A stretch of DNA of 63,973 bases, filler included, from Octopus bimaculoides (Eukaryota), in NCBI RefSeq assembly GCF_001194135.2. It is 4 parts of 4 records of this genome, joined end to end, with 100 filler letters (N's around TTAATTAATTAA, not from the genome) between each part and the next. Parts side by side here need not be neighbours in the genome. Positions count along the whole stretch, not along the records: positions 1 to 19,114 come from NC_068998.1; positions 19,215 to 45,473 come from NC_068982.1; 2 more parts are not named here. One strand, given 5' to 3'. Numbering within the stretch: position 1 is the stretch's first letter; each line of letters opens with the position of its first letter. The notes under the pieces are model-generated. The model worked only from the letters and a program-made list of their open reading frames with translations. It had not been told where the DNA came from and did not search any database. Of this stretch, positions 13,110 to 25,659 are shown piece by piece. A program made the position numbers and the translations under genes.

Positions 13110-13335
13110 GAAGGTGTATCTTTGTGTCTGGGTTTGTCCCCAACAACCGCTTGACAACCACTGTTGGTGTGTTTACATCCTGTAACATATAAGCGGTTCG
13201 GTAAAAAAACACCGATAAAGTGAGTATCAGGCTTAAACAAATAATTACTGGGGTCGATTTGTTCGACTAAAATTCTTGAAGGCGGTGCAACAGCATGGCC
13301 GCAGTCTAATGACTGAAACAAGTAAAAGATAAAAA
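13110..13335 (+). mobile_element. SINE family B, 3' half
   Basis: GCTTGACAACC...GCGGTTCGG...GGCGGTGCAACAGCATGGCCGCAGTCTAATGACTGAAACAAGTAAAAG. Confidence 0.85.
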
Positions 13336-13822
13336 ATGTTATAGTATTTTGGCTTATTTTTCTAATGAATTACGTTTTCTCTTTTTAAATAAGAAATGCT
13401 TTATTTTCAATAATGCTAGCTTAAAATGTTAACTATAAATTCTTAACGATGCTGTTAAAAATTGAAAACCGATTTCAAAGCTTTTACAAAATTTTCGATA
13501 ATTCAAAAATGTCCTAGAGTTCACACGCTCGATGCACGACCGTCCCTTGCTTGTTTGCTCCATTTGATTTCAATCATAGACTTTTTTTCCATACTCTTCA
13601 TTACTGCTGGTTTCCTCAAATATCACCTATATTGTATATTACATATGGACTCTGCACGCAGTTAGTCCATCTGACGAAGTGAAATGAAAATTTTGTTTCG
13701 TTATTATACAATATTACACGATCGATGCATAAATAAACAATAAAAAACGATACTCATGGAAACGATGGTCGCATAACGTAACATCAGCTTCCTTCCATAT
13801 TCATTTATTATATATATAAATA

Positions 13823-15200
13823 CTAGCAAACGCACCCGTCCTTTGTACTGTGTAATTTATTATGATGGCGCACTCTGTTGGACAGTTTAAGTTGAATTAG
13901 CCCGCTGTTAGAAGTCTTTCCAAGTTGATAAACAGAAATTTTATAATTATCTATTTCGTTAGCTGTTTATTATATGGCATTAAGCAACCTAGGTAATGCA
14001 TAAAGTTTTTTGAACACAAATTTGGCAGTTAGTAATAAACGAAAGTCTATGAAATGTGATCGCAATTGCAGTAGGCATTAGGGATCCTATATCTTACCTG
14101 AAGCGTTTTGTATCATGTAGTTATTTTACTCGTAATACCTGACAACCGCATTGAAGCTTTTTTCATTGAAAGTCATGAATGATAAACAAAAGTAAACATT
14201 TATAACAAACACACAAATAGAATAATGGCATGCACAAAAATAAATGTCAAAGTACGCTTATGAGCGAAGTAAGAAGGGTCGTTGAAAGTAATATACTGTT
14301 AACAGCAATCACGGAAGTGAAGCAAAATATCAATGAAATACTTGTAGGAAGTCTGATTGCTAACGGCTACAGTTTAGCGTAGATGTAAAGATTGCAGTAG
14401 AGGAGTAACTACTGTAGGACTGCTTTGTAGACGACGTTTTTGGCAAGACGCGCCAACCGGATAGCCCGTTATTGAGGTGACTCGGTAGTCCTGGCGGCAG
14501 CAACAGTTGCAGCATCATGGGATCGATGGGCCACAAGCTCTTTTTTAGACTTTGAAACCTTAACGGTTGCAGAAGTTGCAGGTGCGTGTACTGCACGGGC
14601 AGCGGCTTCGTAGGCAGTCTGCTGGGATAGTCTGTGGGATCTCTGGTCTTGAGTTTCGTTATCCCGATATCTTCTGGCTTTGACGGCAGTGTGGGACAGT
14701 CTACCAATGCGAACGAGCTCTCTCCCAGGTGGCATTGCAGGGTTATCTGCAAAGTGAAAGTAGAGGGGGGGGGGGTAAGTAGAATGTCTGAATGATTTTT
14801 GTCGTACTATTGTTTACTAAGCGGGTTCAGAAAGTTGTCAAAATGGCCTTAGGAAGGGTTGAGACGTTTGAGCCTCAGAGCATTGTGGCTAAACATTATC
14901 TTAAGGCATTTAAAAATAATCAAAAGTTGATTTAAATTGCATGGCTACCTCAAGTTAGTGCTAACATGCAAATATCGGCAGTTTGCAGGGAATGAGCATT
15001 GTAAAAACTGTATAACTGTCACAACTTGGTGGAATAAAAGCAGTGAATATATATAATATGGATTAATTTCTGAAGATATTTTAAAAAATAATTAAAAGTT
15101 GATTTAAATTGCATGGTTTCTGAAGGAAGTGCTAATGTGCAAATATCTGACTTGCTTATCATTTCAATTAATTTATTAATGTATCAATTTCATTACAATT
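13823..15200 (-). mobile_element. Internally deleted Helitron (Rep N-terminal remnant and 3' CTAG terminus)
   Basis: Minus-strand 3' end GGACGGGTGCGTTTGCTAG|T; ORF 14469-14735 MPPGRELVRIGRLSHTAVKARRYRDNETQDQRSHRL resembles the low-complexity Helitron Rep N-terminus; 5' boundary uncertain. Confidence 0.6.
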
Positions 15201-15546
15201 ACTTTGTCACGTATTACACTCCTTCGCCCTAATTCCGAAACATGTTCTCTGATATGACCTCCCCAACCTATTTTCTAGCAGCTCCAATCAACTTAATAAG
15301 TATACAATCAATTGCTGACTTCCGACCGTGTTCACTCACTCGCACCCCATACCAAAAAACATTCCTGCATCTTGTCAATCCCGCACTTCTTAGTAACTAT
15401 CCACTCACAATATTTCCTTTCCGTCTTCTTCCACTCTTTTCTTGTTCACTTGTCTTCTAGTTCCCACTTTTCTGTGATATAATTCTCTTTGTCCCACTCT
15501 CTTATCTCCCCAACCCATTCTGCCTACGTAAGAAATTATCATCACC

Positions 15547-15673
15547 ATCCTCCTCCTCCTCCTGCTCCTCCTCCTCCTGCTCACCCCTCCTCCTGCTCCT
15601 GCTCCTCCCCTCCTCCTGCTCCTGCTCCTCCCCTCCTCCTCCTGCTCCTCCTCCCCTTCTTCTTCTTCTTCTT
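15547..15673. repeat. (CCT/CTG)n and (CTT)n low-complexity tract next to a gap
   Basis: Direct. Confidence 0.9.
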
Positions 15674-16124
15674 NNNNNNNNNNNNNNNNNNNNNNNNNNN
15701 NNNNNNNNNNNNNNNNNNNNNNNNNNNNNNNNNNNNNNNNNNNNNNNNNNNNNNNNNNNNNNNNNNNNNNNNNNNNNNNNNNNNNNNNNNNNNNNNNNNN
15801 NNNNNNNNNNNNNNNNNNNNNNNNNNNNNNNNNNNNNNNNNNNNNNNNNNNNNNNNNNNNNNNNNNNNNNNNNNNNNNNNNNNNNNNNNNNNNNNNNNNN
15901 NNNNNNNNNNNNNNNNNNNNNNNNNNNNNNNNNNNNNNNNNNNNNNNNNNNNNNNNNNNNNNNNNNNNNNNNNNNNNNNNNNNNNNNNNNNNNNNNNNNN
16001 NNNNNNNNNNNNNNNNNNNNNNNNNNNNNNNNNNNNNNNNNNNNNNNNNNNNNNNNNNNNNNNNNNNNNNNNNNNNNNNNNNNNNNNNNNNNNNNGAATC
16101 AATAAATATGTAATAATTAACATA

Positions 16125-17800
16125 TATCCTGAATCCCAATATGGATTTCAGGATGGGAGAGGTACAATTTACATGATTTTTTCCCTTCGGTAATTTCAAG
16201 AAAAAGGGCGAGAGCAAAATACTGACTTGTACATGGTCTTTGTCGTCTTGACCAAAGCTTTTGATACAGTGAATCGTGAGGCATTTTGGAAAACTTTGTC
16301 AAAAAGTTGGTCTTCCTGATAAAATGATAAGACTAATAGGCGCAGGAGTGGCTGTGTGGTAAGTAACTTGCTTACCAACCACATAGTTCCGGGTTCAGTC
16401 CCACTGCGTGGCACCTTGGGCAAGTGTCTTCTACTATAGCCACGGGCCGACCAAAGCCTTGTAAGTGGATTTGGTAGACGGAAACTGAAAGCCCGTCGTA
16501 TATATGTATACATATATATGTATGTGTGTTTATGTGTCTGTGTTTGTACCCCCACCATCGCTTAACAACCGATGGTGGTGTGTTTACGTCCCTGTAACTT
16601 AGCGGTTCGGCAAAAAGAGACCGATAGAATAAGTACTAGGCTTACGATGANNNNNNNNNNGCGGTTCGGCAAAAAGAGACCGATAGAATAAGTACTAGGC
16701 TTACGATGAATAAGTCCCGGGGTCGATTTTCTCGACTAAAGGCGGTGCTCCAGCATGGCCGCAGTCAAATGACTGAAACAAGTAAAAGAATAACAGAGTA
16801 AAAAAAGTATTTTTGCACGATGGAATGATGGCAACAGTGATATCTAGCAGTCAATGTTCAGAGGCATTTTCTGTTGCCACTGGAACCAAACAGGGCTGTA
16901 TTTTAGCTGCTATACTTTTTTCCATGTACTTTTCGATGATGCTCCAACGTGCTTTTAGGGGTTACCATGAAGGTGTAAAATTTCAGTTTCGCACAGAAGG
17001 AGGTCTACTAAACTTAAAGAAGCAAAATTTCATATCAAAGAAAAAAACAAAACAAAAAACAAGGAAGAGATTCTACGCAATTCTCTGCGATTTGATTTCT
17101 ATCTACATACGACGGAATTCAGGAAATAGCCGATAGGTTTGCTGCGGCAACTAGTGCATTTGGACTGGCTATCAGCGCCAAAAAGACTGAAGTTTTATTC
17201 CAACTAAAACCTGGGACAGAACATACTCAAGATTCAAATGTGAGGATTGACAGTAAGCCACCCAAGAGGGTCAAGTCATTTTAATGTCTTGGAAGAACTT
17301 GAAAAGTACTCTTGATCACGAAAGCAACGTTAGAATATTTAAGGCTACAAATGCTTTTGGAAAACTTTCCGGTTGTTTGTGGGATGTAGACAGTGTCAGT
17401 CTGAAAGCTAAGGAGCAGAAACATGGACTCCTTACAACAGACATATAAAGAAACTTGAAACCTTTCACATGTGCTGCCTGCGCAATATCTGCAACATAAA
17501 CTGGCAAGATAAGATATCAAATGTCAAAATCTTAGAAAAACGTGATGTCTCTAGTATCAAAAGCGAGCTGCTGAGAATTCAGTGTGGATGGGTAGGACAA
17601 GTTGTTCGCATTCCGAAAATTCTTTTGTCTGGCCAACAAGTAGAGAGAAGACTTGTCCTTAGATATAAGGATGAGTTGAAGCAATCAATTAAAACCTCTA
17701 TAGCTTAACTTGATATCTTGGGGAAGTTATTGCCTGGATCGATCTGCATGGTGTAAAATGTGTCATGATACATCAAAACAATTTGAATTGACGAAACACA
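16125..17800 (+). mobile_element. RTE-clade LINE RT remnant interrupted by a SINE B insertion
   Basis: PESQYGFQDGRGTIYMIFSLR...LYMVFVVLTKAFDTVNREAFWK | LHDGMMATV...TGTKQGCILAAILFSMYF... Confidence 0.85.
16338..16790 (+). mobile_element. SINE family B, full-length, tRNA head plus CORE-like domain
   Basis: GGCGCAGGAGTGGCTGTGTGGTAAG (A box)...GGGTTCAGTCCC (B box)...CCTTGGGCAAGTGTCTTCTACTATAGC; internal microsatellite; tail GGCGGTGCTCCAGCATGGCCGCAG. Confidence 0.9.
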
Positions 17801-17899
17801 CCAATAAAGGAATAATATCTTTAGGTACATTTGTCCAATTCCAGACAAAATCAAAATTGTGAGTGTTTCCATTATGACTTCATAGCAAAATCCATACCT

Positions 17900-18770
17900 T
17901 GACTCGAATTACATTCACGCATCCATCGAAAATAGATGCAGCTTCTTTTATTAAATTTTTTTTTTTAAAACTCCGCTTCTTGAAACACTCATACGCTGAA
18001 ATTCACGGAAGTGCAAATTAATCCAGTCATTACAAATGTGTCGCGGAGGGTGTGACAGAAGAACAATCCCGCAAGCTGCTTGATTCCTCCTTGGTTCATG
18101 AGAGTTTAAGTGGTTGACTAATCCAGCTCTTGGGAGAAATTGTTCACACACATTGCTCTTTAATTCCAACTAGATTTCCACAGGAACTGCACTTGTGCCT
18201 TGCTTAAAGAGTAAATGCTTCAGAGCAGTATGTCCGCTTGCTTTCGTTCATAGACATCACATTTATTCTTGACAATCTTTCTCCACGAGGCACGATTTTC
18301 AGTCAATGCCTCTCAGTTATACACTTCTATTTCCAAAACTTGAAGATTGACTTTCATTACATCCTTAAATCACTTCCTTGGTTTATGTTGTGGCCTTTTT
18401 CTTCTTGTCAGCTTCCCATAAAAAATCTGTTTAAGCATTCTTCTATTTTCCAATCTGATAACATGACCAGCCCAACGCATCTGATTCAAAATCATTCTTT
18501 TCTCAATACTGGCGTTCGCGCACTTTCTCAACAGTAACAGCATCAGGTGCGTAAGAAAAACCACTTGACGTTCAAGAAGCATCGGGTACAATATTGATGA
18601 AACCTCTCCAACTGCTTGATATGATGCCTTTAGGTTGTCCAAGTTCCGCATCCACGTAGCAGGGATGTATGAGCACAGGTCTCATACACAGAGAGCTTTG
18701 TGCTTCTTGCGATACCCCGATCTAACCAGACTGCTTTTCAAGCAACACTAGCTTTCTCAATCCTATGATT
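17900..18770 (-). mobile_element. RTE-clade LINE C-terminal remnant, convergent with the plus-strand RTE
   Basis: QLERFHQ...MILNQMRWAGHVIRLENRRMLKQIFYGKLTRRKRPQHKPRK. Confidence 0.85.
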
Positions 18771-19559
18771 TATGAATATTAAGTACACCCCCTCCCACAC
18801 CCACACGAGCGTATATGCGCTCGTGCGTATATGTGTATAAATAATTCCATCAGCAATACTGATAAAATGGTTTTATGGGAAAATAAATTATTGAAACGAG
18901 AGTACTAATTAAGAATTCGAAATATCAATAATTTATTTTCTGTCATTCTTCCAATTTTATTTGGCTCTATTCCTGCGTTATAGCTGAATCCCATATATAG
19001 GGATGCAATATTAGAGTATACTAATCTAACGTGCCGTAGATATGGAACCCTAGTTCTTCTAGGAACGTACCGTGCGATTAAAGCACATCATAGATTATAT
19101 ATATATATATATATNNNNNNNNNNNNNNNNNNNNNNNNNNNNNNNNNNNNNNNNNNNNTTAATTAATTAANNNNNNNNNNNNNNNNNNNNNNNNNNNNNN
19201 NNNNNNNNNNNNNNATTATTATCTAATTGACTCCGTCTAAAGTATATTTCTCTTTGTGGGGAACCTTTTGACTGTAGGAGATTAAACTTTGTTTCTTTCT
19301 TTTGGGGTGATGGAGCGTATCTATAGCATTAAGAAATTAAGGAATAGGAGAGACCTCTAGTAACATTTATTTATGACCAGAGCTGTCGACTCACAATATT
19401 CTTTATTCTCAATAAAGATAGTATTCTAGCCTTAGATCTTTCTTTGGTGATAAGAAGGTAAATAAAAAAGGAATTACAAATAAATTATAACATATGACCC
19501 TTGCTGTGTTTCATGACAATCCAAAATTGTAGTTCTTCCTTTAGAATATTCTTGCTGTA

Positions 19560-19766
19560 ATAGGTCTTTTCTACTCTAGGCACAACGACTGAAATTTTCG
19601 GGGAGGCGGTCAGTCGATTAGATCGACCTCAGTACGCAACTGGTACTTAATTTATTGACCCCCAAAGGATGAAAGGCGAAGTCAACCACGGCGGAATTTG
19701 AACTCTGAACGTAAACACAGACGAAATACCGCTAAATATTTAACGTTTCTGCCAGCACGCCGCCTT
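19560..19766 (-). mobile_element. SINE family A copy
   Basis: Reverse complement AAGGCGGCGTGCTGGCAGAAACG...CAGAGTTCAAATTCCGCCG. Confidence 0.85.
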
Positions 19767-20007
19767 ATTCTTGCTGTAATGGTGACATCATGAAATCCTT
19801 TCTGTTCCTAGCTCTGACAAAATGTTTGAGAAAAATTATTTTAAAATATCCTCTCTGTTGAAATTCCATGTTTATTGTAACTGGAAATAGAATTGTATTT
19901 AAATTGATGTAATGCTTGCATTGTTCAATTAAATGGGGCCGCTTGAGACGATTGTATTGCACTAGTGCTTGACATCCTGTTACTTATTTTGATTTATATA
20001 TACGAGA

Positions 20008-20080
<73 letters not shown>

Positions 20081-20734
20081 GGAGAGAGAGAGAAAAAGAA
20101 ACAGCCAGAGACAGAGAAGTAGACAGAGGGAGAAAGGACAGCTGGAGAGAGGCATTTATATGGATAAAATAAACTTGACACTTCAATTATATTTAATAAA
20201 TATCAAATATAAATATTTATATAAGTATGCATACAAAACGACAGGGAGCAAAACGTGGAAACATTCAGGTGATGAAATTTTATGTTTAAATATATACATA
20301 TTGTTATTAATGGGTCCAACTTACTCAGGGTACACACGACAGAGAAAGTTAAAGTGGTAGAAGTGAGGTGTTATAAGCTGAAACAGCTGCTTCTGGGGAG
20401 TTCGGCGATTCATAACAATGTTGGGAGATCTAATACATCCCAATATACTATCGTATGGATGCAATTAGCATTGGATGAGACGAGCCTCCGTCATCAGGGT
20501 AGAGAGTCCTCTGTTATGGTTCATCGCATTTCTATATTGTAAATCCGCGGATGGGCTCCATATAGAGTTTTTTACAGAAAGATATATAAGAAACAATTTT
20601 AAAAGTATGGTCATTACATGTAAATCCTTTATTAGAGCAAATCTGGCTTACATCTGTTTCCGGCAATCATTATAGTTGCAATCCTGATAAGTTTACTCAG
20701 TTGGTGTATTGATTATTTAATGTAAATTGAATGA

Positions 20735-21021
20735 CCTAAGAATATTAATGCTGCTTACGTCAGAGCCACTGCTAGAAATAACCAGCAAAGCACTTGAAGA
20801 ATGGGTATTGTGTGAGGAAGGTGGGGAAAATTGAGATGTCTAAGTAGAATAGATGAAGGAAGTTTACAATAGGGTGAATGCAATTAAGAGGCTGGTACTT
20901 AGTAGTAGTAGTAGTAAAACTAGTAGTAGTAGTGGTGGTGGTAAAATAGTAGTGGTAATATTAGTAGTAGTAGTAGAAATAGTAGTAGTAATAGTAGTAG
21001 TAGTAGAACTAGTAGTAGAAC

Positions 21022-21083
<62 letters not shown>

Positions 21084-21378
21084 TTTTATTGCCCCAAATT
21101 TGTAAGAGATACAATCACCAGCATATCACCATATTAACATAGGATATAGGTTAGATATTTTCCAGCCGATCTGTTGAAATTTCGTATGGGCTTTGATATG
21201 GGCTACTAAGTACCACTCCCTCAATTCCCCCGCACACACTTGTAAACTGCATTCAAATATTCTACTTAAACATCCTAATCTGACCCCACGTTCCCTATAC
21301 AATAGCTATTTTTCAAGTGCTTTGCTTGTTTATTTCCAGCAATGATCCTGACCAAAGTAGCATTAATTTTCTTAAGCA
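20735..21378. repeat. Old fold-back structure: ~145-bp diverged inverted arms (20735-20880, 21235-21378) around a (TAG)n tract
   Basis: TTGTAAACT...TATTCTACTTA.ACATC...TTCAAGTGCTTTGCT.GTT.ATTTC.AGCA..G..C.TGAC..AAG.AGCATTAAT shared in opposite orientation. Confidence 0.6.
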
Positions 21379-22174
21379 GTATTGGCGCAAAATACCAATC
21401 TGTATCGCTTACTGAAAAAGATATATATACTTAAAATTCTGCTAAATAACGGTATTAACCGCCATAGAGCTAGGCATACGCACACATACACTCACACACA
21501 CTCATACACACACACACATACACTTGTATATCAGCAGTAGCCGAAAAACGTCCAATAAGACTCTAGCAATTCTAAGTATGAATTTTTTCATCGTCTGTAG
21601 CAAATATCCACTGGCACCGGATGCTTAACTAAATATTGACCGCTATCGTTAAACAAGACAATGAAACAAGGTAGCTGTTGAATCTATTTGACAGGTTGAA
21701 TAAAATTTAGCTTTTAGGAACGGAATCTGCATTAATTCAAAGTAGCAAACTCTATATCGCATTTAACACAAATATATTTTTTGATAATGTGTCGTAATGC
21801 GTTATTTCTTTCGAAAAAAAGCATCCGTTATAGACGAGGTTTCGGCTTATACTATACTCCCTGAACACCCAATAGCTTTCGAGTGAATATTGTAGACAAA
21901 ATAAGTGCGGAAGCCCATCGCATATTTTATGTGTGTGTTTACTGAGGGCAGAGAAAAATAGTCTGTAAGCCAACTTCGTTGCAAAGCAACACAACATTCA
22001 AACAATATTCGGCAAAGAAACAAAATGTCCCAAATTAAACGCAGACAATATTTATTCATGATGGAACTCAACAATCAATAATCATTATGAACTATCATTA
22101 TCATTATCACACCTTTACACAATCGAGTATTAGCATATGCACTATATATACACATATATATGAGTGAAACACTT

Positions 22175-22520
22175 AAGCTCCACGCGGCTCCGGCAGAAGT
22201 TAAAGGCGACCTTCTACTGATTCTTTTTCCACAACTTTCTTTCACTCTTTCCTCGTGTATCTCGCAGCTCACTTGCGGCGTACCGGCGTTCCGTCCATCT
22301 GGGGAAACTATACGTCAATGACAGTTGGAAACCTGTTACGTCTCAAGCTACTGCTATATAGCACCTTCGGATGATCTCTAATCAACCGCTACACAACTGC
22401 TACTCGACTGCTAATCAACTGCTACTCAACACTCCTACCACGGCCGGACTACCTCTGGGAGATCCTACTTCTTCACCTGGGGGCATCGACACAAGAAAAC
22501 CAGCCCTTATGAGCCATGCT
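22175..22520 (+). mobile_element. SINE-like family E (5' part resembles the SINE C body); second copy 43305-43490 (-)
   Basis: AAGCTCCACGCGGCTCCGGCAG start; TAGCACCTTCGGATGATCTCTA.TC.ACCGCTACAC shared with 43305-43490. Confidence 0.6.
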
Positions 22521-25371
22521 CAATAGAGTTACGTACAATCATATTTAACATGTTCATGCACATTCAGTCACGTGATGCCTATGACTTGTTAAAACTGGTT
22601 GTGCACGACTATATTACAGACAGCTGTTTAATGCGTTTGCTTTGTTTTTAAATTCCTCTAATTAATATACACATAAAAAGGTACACACACATATACAAAT
22701 ACAGAATTAGAATTCTCTACTTAACAATGCAGTAAATTGTTAAGTTTTGAATAAAAGTTATAGGTTTCTGTAGGAAATTGAAACTTGCTTCTTCTTTACT
22801 GTATCGGATTGACTTAGGCTTAATGCTGTCGCTTTATTTATTTATTTGCTTGTTTTCTTGGGGTTTTTTTTTCGAAATTAATCGCGCAATGTGTAGAATC
22901 TAAATATGAGAGAAAGAGAAAAGTACAAAGAAAAAGAAAATGTTTGCCTCAATACAATTAAACAAACAAATAAATAATTGTATCACCGTTGTGAACTGTG
23001 AGAATTTTAAATGGCCAGCTGCAGTTATGAAATGAAATAATATGTTTGATCATGATTTTGTTTGGAAAATAATAATTCTGTTGATTATATTTGCATTTAA
23101 TTAATGTCTAGATTGAAAAGAAATATTAAATAAACAGCATTATTTTAATTGATTTTTGTGAGTATCATTTGTGTCTTAGGCCATTGTATGTAATTATGAC
23201 ACCATAAGTGATAACTCTATAAGATGGTTTACACCATCAATGATAGCTATATAACAAGATTTACACTGAAAATACATCAGTGAATATCATCGCAAATATT
23301 TTATTAAATAATTATAGCAATACAATAAACTTCCCTTGCCAGACTATATCACCCGAAATAGTGCAAGGCACATTCATGTACTTAAATGTTAAAATGGTCA
23401 CTGGAGCTTCTCGTTGGGTAACTCTTCCGATTAAAATAGTATTTGCGGTTTGAGATATTAAGCATTCAGTAAATCTAAATTTAACGAATTACTAAGTCGT
23501 TTAGACTTTGTCCTGAGTTTGTCTTTCGTCTTCACGGTACTTTTATCAGAAGTTTCCTTTCCCAACAGTACGTATTCAACTATCAAATCTGCTAGCATTG
23601 GATATGACCTTAGAACGTGTATAATATGTAAGCTTTATATTGCTGGTGAAGCTACAATTATTATGTTAAATATATATATTTCAAGTGCTTTGTTAGAGTA
23701 TATCTTTCCAGGTCACTTCTACATTGTATTTCTCATTTGACATTAAATGCTAATAGCGTTTTTTTTACGCGGTAGTCGTCAGAAACGAATTTTATTGAAC
23801 TCGATATAACTCTGCATATTCATGTAATGACGTCGATAATGTCAATTGCATTTGCACCAACATCATAAATAAACATGGAGGTGCAGTAAAAGTAAATATT
23901 CGAACCGTTGAAAGAAGAAAGCAAATGTATTTTATTGGGAAGCATGGACATACTTAAGAAATGAAATGAACGAAGCCTATAAACTGCATCTTAGAAAAGG
24001 AATTTCACGAGAGAAAACGGATCGACAATTACAAGTGCAAGAAGTAACGAGATGAAGCCTATAAACAAGAAGTCGAAATATGGTTTATTGATCAAATAAC
24101 TATAATTCAAAATGCAAAAAACAAAAAACGAAACTTCATCTCCTGCACATGGTACTATCAATAAAATAACACAGAGAAAAAAACAATACAGGGGAATTAA
24201 TAGCAAATAAGAGAAAATGCATCGTTAATAAATGAGAAGGAAACTACTTTAACCTTCATAGACACCCACTACATATCGTAGGGCATGCCATGAACATTTT
24301 TATGAGAGAAATAATGCATGTTGTTGCACATATTACAAACGAAAATTTCAAGCAAGTATTTTTCGTTTTTTTTTCAAATGGTAAAGCACTAGCGGTTGAC
24401 TATTTACCTGTGGAAGTACGGGAACAGAGGAGCTTATGGATCAATTAGTGGATGCGTGTGATAAAACTTCAAACAAGAAAGTTAAGTACGGGGTGAAACA
24501 TTGATGTATACCCGCTCAAATGAAGAAAATCTTGGATAAACTTAACAACACAGAACCATTTATTTCTCAGTAATTGCAGTGAATACATACATCAAGCATT
24601 GCTTTTAAGAACACGCCTTCATTAAATATATTCTTACAAAGTAACTAAATTGCTTTTACACAGGAAAGTCAATATTATATCAAGTTTAAATCGTACTGAA
24701 GATACCAAAGATCAGAACCTGAACGCTGATATATCGTTTATAGACGTTCACACCGTTTTCTATGTAAAGCAGCCAAAGGAAACGGATACGGATGCGGATG
24801 CGCACATCATTTAGTAATTCAAGGATGACCATATATCCAATGGATATACTGTCCAGATATAGAGTTGCTCATGACTTCTTAACTGATAATATTGCAGATT
24901 TCTCTTTGAGATACTGTTAGATGAACTAACTATTCGTTGCAAATTTTTCAACCAGTTTTGCCAGCAATTACGTATTATGCATTGCAACATCACACACTTG
25001 GGAAACATGTTTACAAATACCACCTCAAATATTCAGATGTCACTCTGCAAGTACTGTTACTAATACAATTTACACATATGATTTAATTCTTGCGTTTAAT
25101 GCCACCAAGTAAGCTTCAATTCGAATTCGTCGATTTGGCAAGCTGCAAACAAATTGTACAGCACTTGGATATTAGGGACAGAGTGTCTAGCTTTTAGCGA
25201 ATGAAAAGTAAACATTCAATCATGAAATGGTAAGAACTGCAAATGTTTAAATAACTTCAATTATCTGGTACTATGTGTTTACAGCTCAAAGACAGACAGT
25301 GAAGTAATATTTCAATTAGCAGGGTTAACAATGAAAAGTGAACTACAGTATACATACAGAAATGCATATAC

Positions 25372-25430
<59 letters not shown>

Positions 25431-25659
25431 TGTGTATGTGTGTGAGTGTGTGTGTGTGTGTCTGTGTGTATAAGTATGTATGTATGTATGTATGTTATGT
25501 ATGTATATATAACTTCTGTATAATTATTTGAAAATATAGTTCTCGGAGATTCTGTGGAAAGCAAATTGACAGACGGAAGCAATGGCTATCTTTTTACGAT
25601 TCTAACAGGAAGCCAACTAAATAGGTATGCACCTATGAGTGTGAAGGGTTTGCTTGTGA

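Noticed and set aside
16602-16710. Direct repeat on both sides of a 10-N gap (likewise 58690-58880)
   Set aside because: Unmerged contig overlap inside a SINE, not a real tandem duplication or CRISPR-like repeat
19159-19170. TTAATTAATTAA inside N-runs (also 45518-45529 and 58771-58782)
   Set aside because: An identical 12-mer centred in three gaps with stops in all six frames; an assembly linker, not biology
20282-20675. Possible V-like Ig exon for the upstream gene
   Set aside because: Only a short minus-strand KGFTC...C resemblance, bounded by stops, with no compatible splice sites or DxAxYxC motif
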